A DNA stretch of 36,836 nt from Polyangiales bacterium (GTDB lineage: Bacteria > Myxococcota_A > Polyangia > Polyangiales > Houyiibacteriaceae). Location: NCBI GenBank assembly GCA_045106895.1, contig JBGCFM010000264.1:1-36836 (forward strand), given 5' to 3'. Position 1 is the first letter of the stretch; every line of letters begins with the position of its first letter. Shown one piece after another: positions 19,542-27,467 of the stretch. Under the pieces are notes generated by a model. The model saw only the letters and a list, made by a program, of their open reading frames with translations, was not told the origin of the DNA and searched no databases. The translations under genes and the position numbers were made by a program.

Positions 19542-22074
19542 CGGCGACCACCGGGCCCCGGGCTGCACGAAGCTGCTCGAAGAGCTCTTGCTGGAAGCCA
19601 AGCTGCTGGTCGAAGAGCTCGTGGGTTCGCGTCAAGTACTGACCGAGAACCTCAACGGCTGCGCCTTCGCCAGCTTCCTCGACGCTGCGCTCGACGAGAC
19701 TGAGTCCGCTCAGCCAGCGCTGAGCGGCTTGGCCGTGCTCCTCGACGCTCCCGCTAAAGAGCTCCACCGCGGCGCTGAGTTCGGCGCCTCCAGATTGCAC
19801 AAGGCCGGCGGCTTCACGGACCATCGCGCCGGTGGTCGAGAGACCTTCACCAAGCTCGCGGGCTTCGGCAACGAGCTGCTGACGTAGAAGCTCGGCCCCT
19901 GCTTGCTGCTGCTTCGCAAGGGTCTCCTCAAAGGCCGCGAGGCGTTCCGCTTGAGCGCGGGTTGCCTCCGAGAGAGCTTCGATGAGTGTCTCGACGCGGG
20001 CCGACGCTCGGGTCTCAATCTCCGCGCCGCGCGCATCGCCGGCCTCGGTGAACTTCGCGATGTTCTGTACCTGAGCCTCCGCCGCGGCAGAGACGTTCTC
20101 CACGGCGCTCTTCAGGTGCTCGACCATCTCGACCTGGCGTTCCGCGAAACGTTGGTCGGCGCTCTCCTGATTGCCCATGCGCTCAAGCATGGCTTCGGCA
20201 CTTCGACCGAGCGTGGCTTCAAAGCGTTCGGCGACCTCGCCGAGGCCGGCTGCGCGCTCTTCATCTCGCTTGGCCGTTTCAGCCGACGCGCTCTTCCATT
20301 CCACCGCGACGCTGGCGAGCCCCGCGGTGAGTTCCGAGGCGCTAGCTTGTGTGCTCGATTGCAGCTGCCCGACATGACGTCGAACCTCTTCGAGGAGCGC
20401 AGCATCCGCCGCCGCACGCTGGGAGGCTTGCTCCTCCGCTTTCGCTTGAAGCTCACCCACGTGGCGTCGAACCGATTCGAGAAGCGTCTCCTCGCTGGAG
20501 ACCCGCTGGGCCAGATGCGTCTCGGCGTTGGTGTTCAGTTCGCCGACGTGGCGACGAATCTCCTCAAGGAGAGAACCATCGGAGGCGGCGCGCGCTTGAG
20601 CAGCAACATCCAAACGTTCGAGGGTGATCGCAAGGTGCTCGCCGAGCCGCAAAACGCTGGCTTCGTCCGCCTCGTTGCGAGACTCCCGTGCCTGGTTGAG
20701 AAGTGACTCCACTTCAAGGACGTGAGCGCGCAGTGCCTGCAGCGTCTCGGCGTCGCTCTCTCGGCGGGCTGCGCTCTCGGCGTCGAGCTGCGTTCGAAGC
20801 GCTTCAAGGTGTGCGGAGGCGCTGCGTTCCGTCGCTTCGACGATGCGCGCGACCGTGGGCTCCACGGTCTCGCTCGCGGCGCGGCTCGCCTCGCTGATGC
20901 CTTCAACCATGATTCGGCGCACGGAAAGCGTCGCCGCCTCGTGACCTTCCCGCCAGGCCGCCTCGAGCGTTGCGATGCGTTCGACCAACGCGTCGGCGCG
21001 GGTGCGGAATTCATCACGGCCGGCAGCTTGGGCGGAATCGAAACTTCCGGCGAGCTCTGTCCAGCCTTCGCGAAGGGACGTCGTGGCTGCGCTGAGGCCT
21101 TCTCGGAGAGAAGCGCTCGCTTGTCCAAGCTCCTTCGCCGCGGCGGCGCGCGCCTGACGACTTTCGGCAGCGATGGATTCGTTCTCGGCGCGGGTCGCGA
21201 GGAGCGTCTCGTTGTGCACTTCGCGGAGTGACTCTTCGAGGGAGAGGAAACGCTGTCCGACTTTTCCGACCTCCGCTTCGAGTGCGCCGGCAACCTTGCT
21301 CGCGTGGGCGATGCTCTGGTCACGAGCCTCGACGCGCTCCGTTTTGGCTTCTTCGCGAATGGCCTGGAGCTGCTCGACGGCGTCACGAAGCGCGTTTGCT
21401 GCGGCGGGCAAGGACTCACCCTGCTCCGCAAGGGCGACGAGAGCGACGAGCTGACGTTTCGCGGCGCTGAGGTGAGACAGGCCGTGTGAGCAGGCGTGGT
21501 GAACCGCGGTGTCTAAGGCCCGGGCGGAGCGACGCGCAAAGACCGCACCGAGGCCGAGCATCGCGCTGCAGGAGACGCCCGCGGCGGAAGTTCCGAAGCT
21601 TCGCATGAGGCCCGCCATCGGTGTGGAAAGCCCCGCACGAAGGGCGTCGACGTCGGCGCTCGTGGAGAGCGCCTCTCGCGCACCACGGAGTGTCTCGAAG
21701 AGACCAAGGAATGTCCCCAAGAGTCCGAGCATCACAAGCAGACCGATGAGGTAGGGCGTAAAGAGCGGAGCTCGCGTCGGCATCGGGTCGCGCTCGAGGT
21801 GGGAGCGAAGGATCGCGCGAAGACCACCGCTGATCCCGTCGAGGTTCTTTGGCGGCTCCTTGTCGGCTTTGTCCGAAAGGTCGCTGAGCTCCTGCCGCAG
21901 ACCTTTGACGCGAGTCGTGCGCGCGAGGAGCTCGATGATCCCGGCGATGAGGGCCAGCGCCATGACGACGGTGATGCCGAAAGCGAAAGTGTCGATGCCG
22001 CGGTAGTAGGCGGCGGCCCTTCCGACGATTCCGAGCCCGGCGATGCCGGTGATGAGGATGAGAACGCGAGTCAT
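19534..22074 (-). CDS. zorA: MotA/TolQ/ExbB-like membrane protein with a very long helical cytoplasmic tail (DUF802-type, ZorA-like)
   Basis: N-terminal TM helices, TPYLIGLLVMLGLLGTFLG and GLMRSFGTSAAGV (MotA-like channel helices), then about 650 aa of Ala/Glu/Arg-rich coiled coil. ATGA overlap with the upstream gene. Confidence 0.85.
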   Translation of the reverse strand: MTRVLILITGIAGLGIVGRAAAYYRGIDTFAFGITVVMALALIAGIIELLARTTRVKGLRQELSDLSDKADKEPPKNLDGISGGLRAILRSHLERDPMPTRAPLFTPYLIGLLVMLGLLGTFLGLFETLRGAREALSTSADVDALRAGLSTPMAGLMRSFGTSAAGVSCSAMLGLGAVFARRSARALDTAVHHACSHGLSHLSAAKRQLVALVALAEQGESLPAAANALRDAVEQLQAIREEAKTERVEARDQSIAHASKVAGALEAEVGKVGQRFLSLEESLREVHNETLLATRAENESIAAESRQARAAAAKELGQASASLREGLSAATTSLREGWTELAGSFDSAQAAGRDEFRTRADALVERIATLEAAWREGHEAATLSVRRIMVEGISEASRAASETVEPTVARIVEATERSASAHLEALRTQLDAESAARRESDAETLQALRAHVLEVESLLNQARESRNEADEASVLRLGEHLAITLERLDVAAQARAASDGSLLEEIRRHVGELNTNAETHLAQRVSSEETLLESVRRHVGELQAKAEEQASQRAAADAALLEEVRRHVGQLQSSTQASASELTAGLASVAVEWKSASAETAKRDEERAAGLGEVAERFEATLGRSAEAMLERMGNQESADQRFAERQVEMVEHLKSAVENVSAAAEAQVQNIAKFTEAGDARGAEIETRASARVETLIEALSEATRAQAERLAAFEETLAKQQQAGAELLRQQLVAEARELGEGLSTTGAMVREAAGLVQSGGAELSAAVELFSGSVEEHGQAAQRWLSGLSLVERSVEEAGEGAAVEVLGQYLTRTHELFDQQLGFQQELFEQLRAARGPVVADA
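20311..20745 (-). repeat. Five 29-aa (87-bp) helical repeats in the ZorA tail
   Basis: TLQALRAHV / SVLRLGEHL / LLEEIRRHVGEL / LLESVRRHVGEL / LLEEVRRHVGQL start at 20745, 20658, 20571, 20484 and 20397. Confidence 0.8.
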
Positions 22075-23546
22075 GCAGCTTCTCCTGCAACCGGTTGAAT
22101 GGCTGCGTTGGCTAGGTGCGTTAGCAGGGCTCGTTCTTCCGCCGCGAAGGCTCGAACAAGTCCGTCAATTTCAGTACGTAGGGAGCGTACAAAACCACGT
22201 CGGTACCAGCGCTCGACGAGGATGGCGCCTTGGGCGAGGTCCGCGGCACTTTCGGTGGCTAAGTCTTGCGTCATGGCGGCGTGGGCACACTCGCTGACGA
22301 GTTCGCCGAGGACCACATCGCGGGCAGCCATCTCGTGAGCCGTGGCGCGACGAAGGGAAGTATCAAGGCGCTCAAGATAAGCGGCGCGGCCGCCAAGGCT
22401 TCGCAGCTCGGGGCCGAGGTCGGCACGAATACGGTTTCCATCGCGCCGCACGATACGCATCAGCGCCAAGAGGCGTTGACCAAAGGCACGGCTCAGGTCC
22501 GTGACGGCGCGCTCGCGGGCGTCCTCGCTCAGGACTTCGCTCATCAGCGACGCCTGGGCCTTCTCGAGGGAAGGCAGCCCATTTCGCGGACCAAAGGGGG
22601 CGTCCAGACGACGGGTAACGAATCGGTCCATGGCGTCGAGCTGGGCTTGGACGTGGGCGATGAGCCACCGACCGTCGTCCACTTTGGGCGTGTCGTCTTG
22701 GGGCGGGATGCCCGCGTTGACGACCCCAGCCATCATGACCGAACCACCGACGTCCGCGATGTCCTCCAGGATGGCAGGGAAAGACGCCATCGTCGGCGGA
22801 GGCTCTTTGCCGACACGGCGCCACAAACGCTCGATGATCCCGGCGGCGTCCGCTGCCGGTTCGAGGGGGCCGCTCCGCCGCTGAAAGCTCGGAGGTGTCG
22901 GAGCTAGCTCCGCTTCGTCTCCGTGGTCCTCTCCGGAATCGGAATCGGAATCCTCATCCTCCACATCGGCCGTGTCGGCATCGTCCGTGGCGTCTGACTC
23001 ATTGAGCTCTTCCGCATCCTCAGCGTCGCCAGAACCAGTCTCTCCGGCCGTGAGCTCCTCGGCGTCTTCTTCCGCGACGTTCTCTTCCTCGGCGTCTTCT
23101 TCCGCGACGTCCTCTTCTTCGGCGACGTTCTCTTCCTCGGCGACGTGTTCTTCTTCGGCGATGTCCTCTTTCTCGGCGACCTCTTCTTCGGCGATCTCTT
23201 CTTCGGCGACCTCTTCTTCGGCGACCTCTTCCTCGGCGACCTCTTCCTCGGCGACGTCCTCTTCTGCCGCGACGTCCTCTTCTTCCGCGACGTCCGCGTC
23301 GGAATCACCCGCGTCTGTGCGGTCCACGTCCAAGTCGTCGTCGTGAGCGCCGCGCGCTAGGAGCACCTCGCCCTCCGCCACGGCCTCTCCTTCGGGGGCA
23401 GCAGGCGCGACCTCCGTGGAGTGATCCGAAGCCGTCTCCCGAGGGGCCTCGTCGCCTCTGGCCTCTCCATCCACGAGCATCACCGACCCATCGGGCGGAC
23501 CGATGGCGTCGCCAGAAGGCGTCTGGATGGGGGGAACGAGAGTCAT
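22071..23546 (-). CDS. zorF: DUF3348-like protein (ZorF-like) with a long acidic low-complexity N-terminal extension
   Basis: C-terminal RIRADLGPELRSLGGRAAYLERLDTSL...WYRRGFVRSLRTEIDGLVRAFAAEERALLTHL resembles DUF3348 helices (from memory). First gene of the operon and translationally coupled to zorA. Confidence 0.65.
   Translation of the reverse strand: MTLVPPIQTPSGDAIGPPDGSVMLVDGEARGDEAPRETASDHSTEVAPAAPEGEAVAEGEVLLARGAHDDDLDVDRTDAGDSDADVAEEEDVAAEEDVAEEEVAEEEVAEEEVAEEEIAEEEVAEKEDIAEEEHVAEEENVAEEEDVAEEDAEEENVAEEDAEELTAGETGSGDAEDAEELNESDATDDADTADVEDEDSDSDSGEDHGDEAELAPTPPSFQRRSGPLEPAADAAGIIERLWRRVGKEPPPTMASFPAILEDIADVGGSVMMAGVVNAGIPPQDDTPKVDDGRWLIAHVQAQLDAMDRFVTRRLDAPFGPRNGLPSLEKAQASLMSEVLSEDARERAVTDLSRAFGQRLLALMRIVRRDGNRIRADLGPELRSLGGRAAYLERLDTSLRRATAHEMAARDVVLGELVSECAHAAMTQDLATESAADLAQGAILVERWYRRGFVRSLRTEIDGLVRAFAAEERALLTHLANAAIQPVAGEAA
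23055..23295 (-). repeat. Degenerate 15/18-bp tandem repeats encoding (D)VAEEE, about 15 units
   Basis: Plus-strand unit approximately CTCTTC(T/C)TCGGCGAC repeated. Protein reads DVAEEEDVAAEEDVAEEEVAEEEVAEEEVAEEEIAEEEVAEKE... Confidence 0.9.
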
Positions 23547-23781
23547 AGCAAGCGCCCGTACGTAACGATCGCCCTATGGGGCATCAAGTCGCTTGCTCAG
23601 ACCTTTCTGGGCCGATCACTGCCAGGACTCCCCTGATTCACACGTGATAACAAGCGCTTGCCAACGTTTTCCACAGATCTCGACGGATTCGGAAATACGT
23701 CGATGCCGCCGGGATCGACTCAGCTAAGGCAGATCGCTTTTCTTACCCTACCCTTCATGTAGGGCAATGCCCTCCGCCGCC

Positions 23782-25068
23782 TCAGCTGCCGAGACGAGCG
23801 AGACGTTCAGCGGCGACGAGGGCGCTCGGGTCACGCTCAAGGGCGGCCTGCCAAGCGGCACGGGCCTGGTCGAGGGCCCCTTGGCTCTCGTGAAGCAAAG
23901 CCAGGTTCATGAGCGGGTTCGGGTCCGCATCATCAAGCTCTGCGGCGCGGCGAAGCGCTTGGGTGGCAGAGTCCGTCTGACCACGCTGAGAGAGCACGCT
24001 GCCGAGTCCGTTGTGAGCGGCGGCGAGCTCTGGGTCATGGTGCAGCGCCTGGCGAAACGCCTCCTCGGCGGAGTCCAGCTCGCCTTCCCGCGTGAGCACA
24101 TTGCCAAGCTTGAGCCAGCTGCCCGGCTGGTTGTCACGTCGGCGGAGCGCCTCACGGTAGGCCTGGATGGCGGCAAGGTTCTCGCCCGTCGCCACGAATA
24201 GATCACCGAGCCCAAGCTGAGGCGCGGCTTCGTGCGGCATCAGCTCGTCCGCGCGCTCGAGGGCAAGCTCACTTGCTTCGATGTCGCCAAGTTGGAGCTG
24301 CGTAAGACCGAGACCAAGCCACGCGTCACCCTCGCCGGGTTGCAGCGTCGTCGCCCGGTCAAAGGCAGCCTGCGCCTCTTCGAGAGCACCGACACTTCGG
24401 CGGCTGCGGCCGAGGTTGATCCACGCTACGTGAAGGTCTTCGTCGAGTTCCACCGCGCGTTCGAAGGCGTGCGCGGCGCCCGTCGCATCTCCAGCAAGTT
24501 CCAACACAAGACCCAAACGGTTCTGCACGACGGCCACGCGGGGATGATTGAGAACGAGTCGACGGATCGCCGTCGTGGCGGCGCGGGAGTCTTCACGGTC
24601 CAGCGCGAGGTCCGCCGTCATCAGGAGCGTTCGCTGGTCTTCGGGGTCGAGACCCGAAGCTTCGCGCACGTGATTCCACGCCGTCGGAATGTCCGCCTTG
24701 GAGCGAGCGATGGCGGCAGCGAGAACTCGGCGGAGGGGGGTCCAGCCGTCACTCTGTTGCGCCTCATTGAGGGCGCCCTCGGCAAAAATCTGATCGCCAG
24801 CCGCCCAATACTCCAGCGCCGCGACTTCTTGCGCGAGGCCGTGGGAGGGTTCAGCGCCTAGCTCTCGAGCGCGCTCAAGCAGCGCCGCGATCTCGACGAC
24901 GGGAAGGTCATGCAGTTCCGGCCCCTCTTCGAAGGGCATGTTCAAAAGCAGCTCCGCGTTGTGAATCGCCTCGCTGGCCTCGGCATCCCTGTAGGCGCCG
25001 ACGCCAAAGGCGATGCCGCAAATTCCCGTGGAAATGCCGAGAAGAATGAGAATCCGTGCCCGCTTCAT
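23782..25068 (-). CDS. TPR-repeat protein with N-terminal signal/membrane anchor
   Basis: Start ATG 25068 (MKRARILILLGISTGICGIAFG). Many TPRs (NRLGLVL, WINLGRS, WLGLGLT, WLKLGNV, HNGLGSV, LMNLALL). The ORF-track extension to 25548 is antisense to the kinase. Confidence 0.88.
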   Translation of the reverse strand: MKRARILILLGISTGICGIAFGVGAYRDAEASEAIHNAELLLNMPFEEGPELHDLPVVEIAALLERARELGAEPSHGLAQEVAALEYWAAGDQIFAEGALNEAQQSDGWTPLRRVLAAAIARSKADIPTAWNHVREASGLDPEDQRTLLMTADLALDREDSRAATTAIRRLVLNHPRVAVVQNRLGLVLELAGDATGAAHAFERAVELDEDLHVAWINLGRSRRSVGALEEAQAAFDRATTLQPGEGDAWLGLGLTQLQLGDIEASELALERADELMPHEAAPQLGLGDLFVATGENLAAIQAYREALRRRDNQPGSWLKLGNVLTREGELDSAEEAFRQALHHDPELAAAHNGLGSVLSQRGQTDSATQALRRAAELDDADPNPLMNLALLHESQGALDQARAAWQAALERDPSALVAAERLARLGS

Positions 25069-25200
25069 AGGGTTCCGATAGCTGGGCTTGCGCGCGCGGG
25101 TCAAAAAACCTGCAAGTCTTCCGGAGCCGACACGTGATCGTCCGCGAGTTTGGCCGCTTTTGGGGACCTGCGGCGGAATCTGTGGTCTACTCGAAATAAG

Positions 25201-26181
25201 GTGGCGCACCCCGATATCGGCCGACGTTTGGCAAAGAAGTATGAGCTCTTGCAGCTCGCCGGTGAAGGCGGGATGGCAGAGGTCTTCAAGGCATGCACGC
25301 ACGGCGCTCGTGGGTTTCGGCGCACCGTTGCCGTCAAACGCATTCTCGACCACCTGACGCACGACCCTGAGTTCGTCGCGATGTTCGTCGAGGAAGCCCG
25401 CGTGACAGCCGCGCTGGCACACCCAAATATCGTGCAGATTCACGACTTCGACGAAGATGAAGACGGCTGCTTCTTTCTCGTGATGGAGTGGATCGACGGC
25501 GTGAACCTGGCCGACTGGCAGCGCGCGCAACGAGCGATGCGGCAACAAGCCTCATGGCCCCTGGTGACGGCCATTGGCATCGAGGTTCTCAAGGGGCTCA
25601 GCGCCGCGCATGAGAACCGGAACAACGAAGGGCAGCGCGTCCCGGTCTTTCATCGAGACGTAACGCCGCAGAACATCTTGGTGGGCGCCAACGGCATCGT
25701 GAAGCTCACGGACTTTGGCCTGGCCAGGGCGATGGACCGCGGTCGCATGACGCAACCGCAAATCGTCAAAGGCAAGCTCTCCTACCTAGCCCCCGAGCTG
25801 ACACGTGGCTCGGACCCTTCGGTGCAGACCGACCTCTTTGGCGTCGGCATCGTGCTTTGGGAGACGCTCGTGGGGCGCAAGCTCTTCACGGGTGACGGAC
25901 CGGTGGACGTTTTGGGCAAGGTCGCACGCGCCGAGGTTCCCGCGCTTCGTGGTGAACGGCCAGATGTGCCGGAGGCGTTGCACAACTTGGTGCACAAGGC
26001 GCTGTCCAAGTCGCCTGAGGACCGCTTCGGCTCTGCACGCAGCATGGTCCGCGCCATGGCCAACCTCTTGCGAATGACGCCGGAATCGACGTCGGCGCGG
26101 GTCATGGCGGCAAGCGTAAAGAAAGCCCGCGGCGAGCTCCTCGTGAATGCGGTCCCGCTGACCCAGCGCAAGAACGACTAA
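25201..26181 (+). CDS. Hanks-type Ser/Thr protein kinase (stand-alone catalytic domain)
   Basis: GEGGMAEV, VAVK, HPNIV, HRDVTPQN, DFG, YLAPE and DLFGVG. No TM or sensor domain. GTG 25201 is the probable start. Confidence 0.93.
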   Translation: MAHPDIGRRLAKKYELLQLAGEGGMAEVFKACTHGARGFRRTVAVKRILDHLTHDPEFVAMFVEEARVTAALAHPNIVQIHDFDEDEDGCFFLVMEWIDGVNLADWQRAQRAMRQQASWPLVTAIGIEVLKGLSAAHENRNNEGQRVPVFHRDVTPQNILVGANGIVKLTDFGLARAMDRGRMTQPQIVKGKLSYLAPELTRGSDPSVQTDLFGVGIVLWETLVGRKLFTGDGPVDVLGKVARAEVPALRGERPDVPEALHNLVHKALSKSPEDRFGSARSMVRAMANLLRMTPESTSARVMAASVKKARGELLVNAVPLTQRKND

Positions 26182-26187
26182 ACGCGC

Positions 26188-26766
26188 TTACCACTCCTCG
26201 GCGAAGCGAGTGGAGCGAAGGATCGAGTAGCAGCCCTTCGCCTGAGAACGCTCGATGAGGACTTCCGAGGCGACGGCGCCCTCGTCCACGAGGAGCGCTT
26301 GAAAGAGCGCCCAGCACCATATGTCTACGCTGGCGAAGGCGTAGTCTGGCTGGTCCGGCAGGTGCTGCCACCGGTAGGGCATCTCGCTTAGATCGAGAAG
26401 ATGAACTGCACCTTCGCGACCCACAAAGTACCGCATTCCGCAGCCGTCGTCGGCAAGTCCGACGCTCGCGGCTCCAAGGTCCTGAGAAGCCGGGCTGGAT
26501 TCGAGGTCTCTACCCATGCTCTCGCCGAGGTCCTCGACGAGAGTGTAGCCGAGACAAAAATCGCAGAAGCTATTCTGCGGCAGCTCGCCCGCTGCATAGA
26601 GATCGAATAGAGCGAGCGTGTCCCGGCGCGCCGTCGGCGCGTGGAGGGCGAGTGCCGCGACGAGCGCATCTCGACGCAAGAGTTTCTTGTGCGGCTTGAT
26701 TCGTCGGGCGCGGGCAGGATCCCATGCGTCGAGTTCACGTTGAAAGTCGTCTTCAATATAGGACAA
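26188..26766 (-). CDS. Hypothetical protein, possibly SMI1/KNR4 (SUKH)-like
   Basis: TTG 26766 preceded by GAGAGG, 14 bp after the upstream gene. C-terminal GLADDGCGMRYFVGREGAVHLLDLSE...AFASVDIW fits a SUKH-like pattern. Confidence 0.55.
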   Translation of the reverse strand: MSYIEDDFQRELDAWDPARARRIKPHKKLLRRDALVAALALHAPTARRDTLALFDLYAAGELPQNSFCDFCLGYTLVEDLGESMGRDLESSPASQDLGAASVGLADDGCGMRYFVGREGAVHLLDLSEMPYRWQHLPDQPDYAFASVDIWCWALFQALLVDEGAVASEVLIERSQAKGCYSILRSTRFAEEW

Positions 26767-26780
26767 CAGACGCGCCTCTC

Positions 26781-27410
26781 TTAGCTGAGCATAAACTCCA
26801 TCACCGCGTCGAGGAAGACCACAGCGAGGACGATGGGAATGATGAGACCGATGGCTGAGCCAATGGCGTAGTCGCGAAAACGTATCTTGGACATCGCCAA
26901 TGCGTAGTTGAGCGGCGGCGCCATCCAGAGCACGAGGCGAAGAATGATCGTAACTCGGATGGGCTGGGACTCGAGTCGGTCCATGATCTTCTTGAAGAAG
27001 GGGCGCTCGATCTTCGCAAGGAGCTGTCCACCGATGGTTCGAACCACCCAAAAGCTCACGCAGACGCTGACGAAGGCACCCACATAGCCAACGACGGCCC
27101 CGAGGAGCGGACCAAACGCCAGCGCAGCGGCGGAAACAAAAACGAGGCCTGGAACGTGGGCGAGCTCCCCCAAGGCAAAGAGGACGATGAACGCCACGAT
27201 GCCGAGGGCGCCGGCGGACGTCATGACGTCCTGGACCCAGGTCAGGATCTCTCGCGGACCCATTCCCGTGGAGCGCACCGCGAACACCGCGCCCACGATG
27301 AGCCCCACCAACACGCCAAGACGAAGTAAAGTCTTGAGCAACGACGACTTCCCGGCGGCTTCACCCCCGGGCGAAGGATCCGCGTCGCCCGCTTCTTCGT
27401 CGACGGCCAC
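26781..27410 (-). CDS. TVP38/TMEM64 (DedA/VTT-domain) membrane protein
   Basis: VPGLVFVSAAALAFGPLLG, SFWVVRTIG and LRLVLWMAPPLNYALAMSKIRFRDYAIGSAIG. Start uncertain (GTG 27410 chosen). Confidence 0.85.
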   Translation of the reverse strand: MAVDEEAGDADPSPGGEAAGKSSLLKTLLRLGVLVGLIVGAVFAVRSTGMGPREILTWVQDVMTSAGALGIVAFIVLFALGELAHVPGLVFVSAAALAFGPLLGAVVGYVGAFVSVCVSFWVVRTIGGQLLAKIERPFFKKIMDRLESQPIRVTIILRLVLWMAPPLNYALAMSKIRFRDYAIGSAIGLIIPIVLAVVFLDAVMEFMLS

Positions 27411-27467
27411 GCCTGGCGTTAGCAGACAAGGGCCCAGAGGCCACGCAAACCAGCTATGGTCCCGCCT

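Noticed and set aside
18909..22074. MotA/MotB-like pair as a flagellar stator, ExbBD/TolQR or gliding motor
   Set aside because: The A subunit has a tail of about 650 aa, the B subunit has an OmpA domain (unlike ExbD/TolR), and the flanking genes are DUF3348/DUF2894-like rather than flagellar, tol or tonB genes.
23055..23295. Short repeats considered as a CRISPR array
   Set aside because: There are no unique spacers, the units are degenerate and in frame within a CDS, and no cas genes are present.
22904..23308. Alternative-frame ORF rich in RSPKK/RTSPRK (histone H1-like) and the antisense FFGDL-repeat ORF at 23145-23360
   Set aside because: Both are automatic by-products of the VAEEE repeat read in other frames, with no convincing start or RBS. 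Repeat units are multiples of 3, so slippage would not switch frames.
23634..23675. DnaA-box-like sequences as a possible replication origin
   Set aside because: Only one consensus match and one mismatch copy, no AT-rich unwinding element, and no dnaA/dnaN/parAB context.
25069..25548. Apparent 160-aa N-terminal extension of the TPR protein overlapping the kinase
   Set aside because: It is mostly the antisense of the kinase N-lobe. The signal-like sequence begins at ATG 25068.
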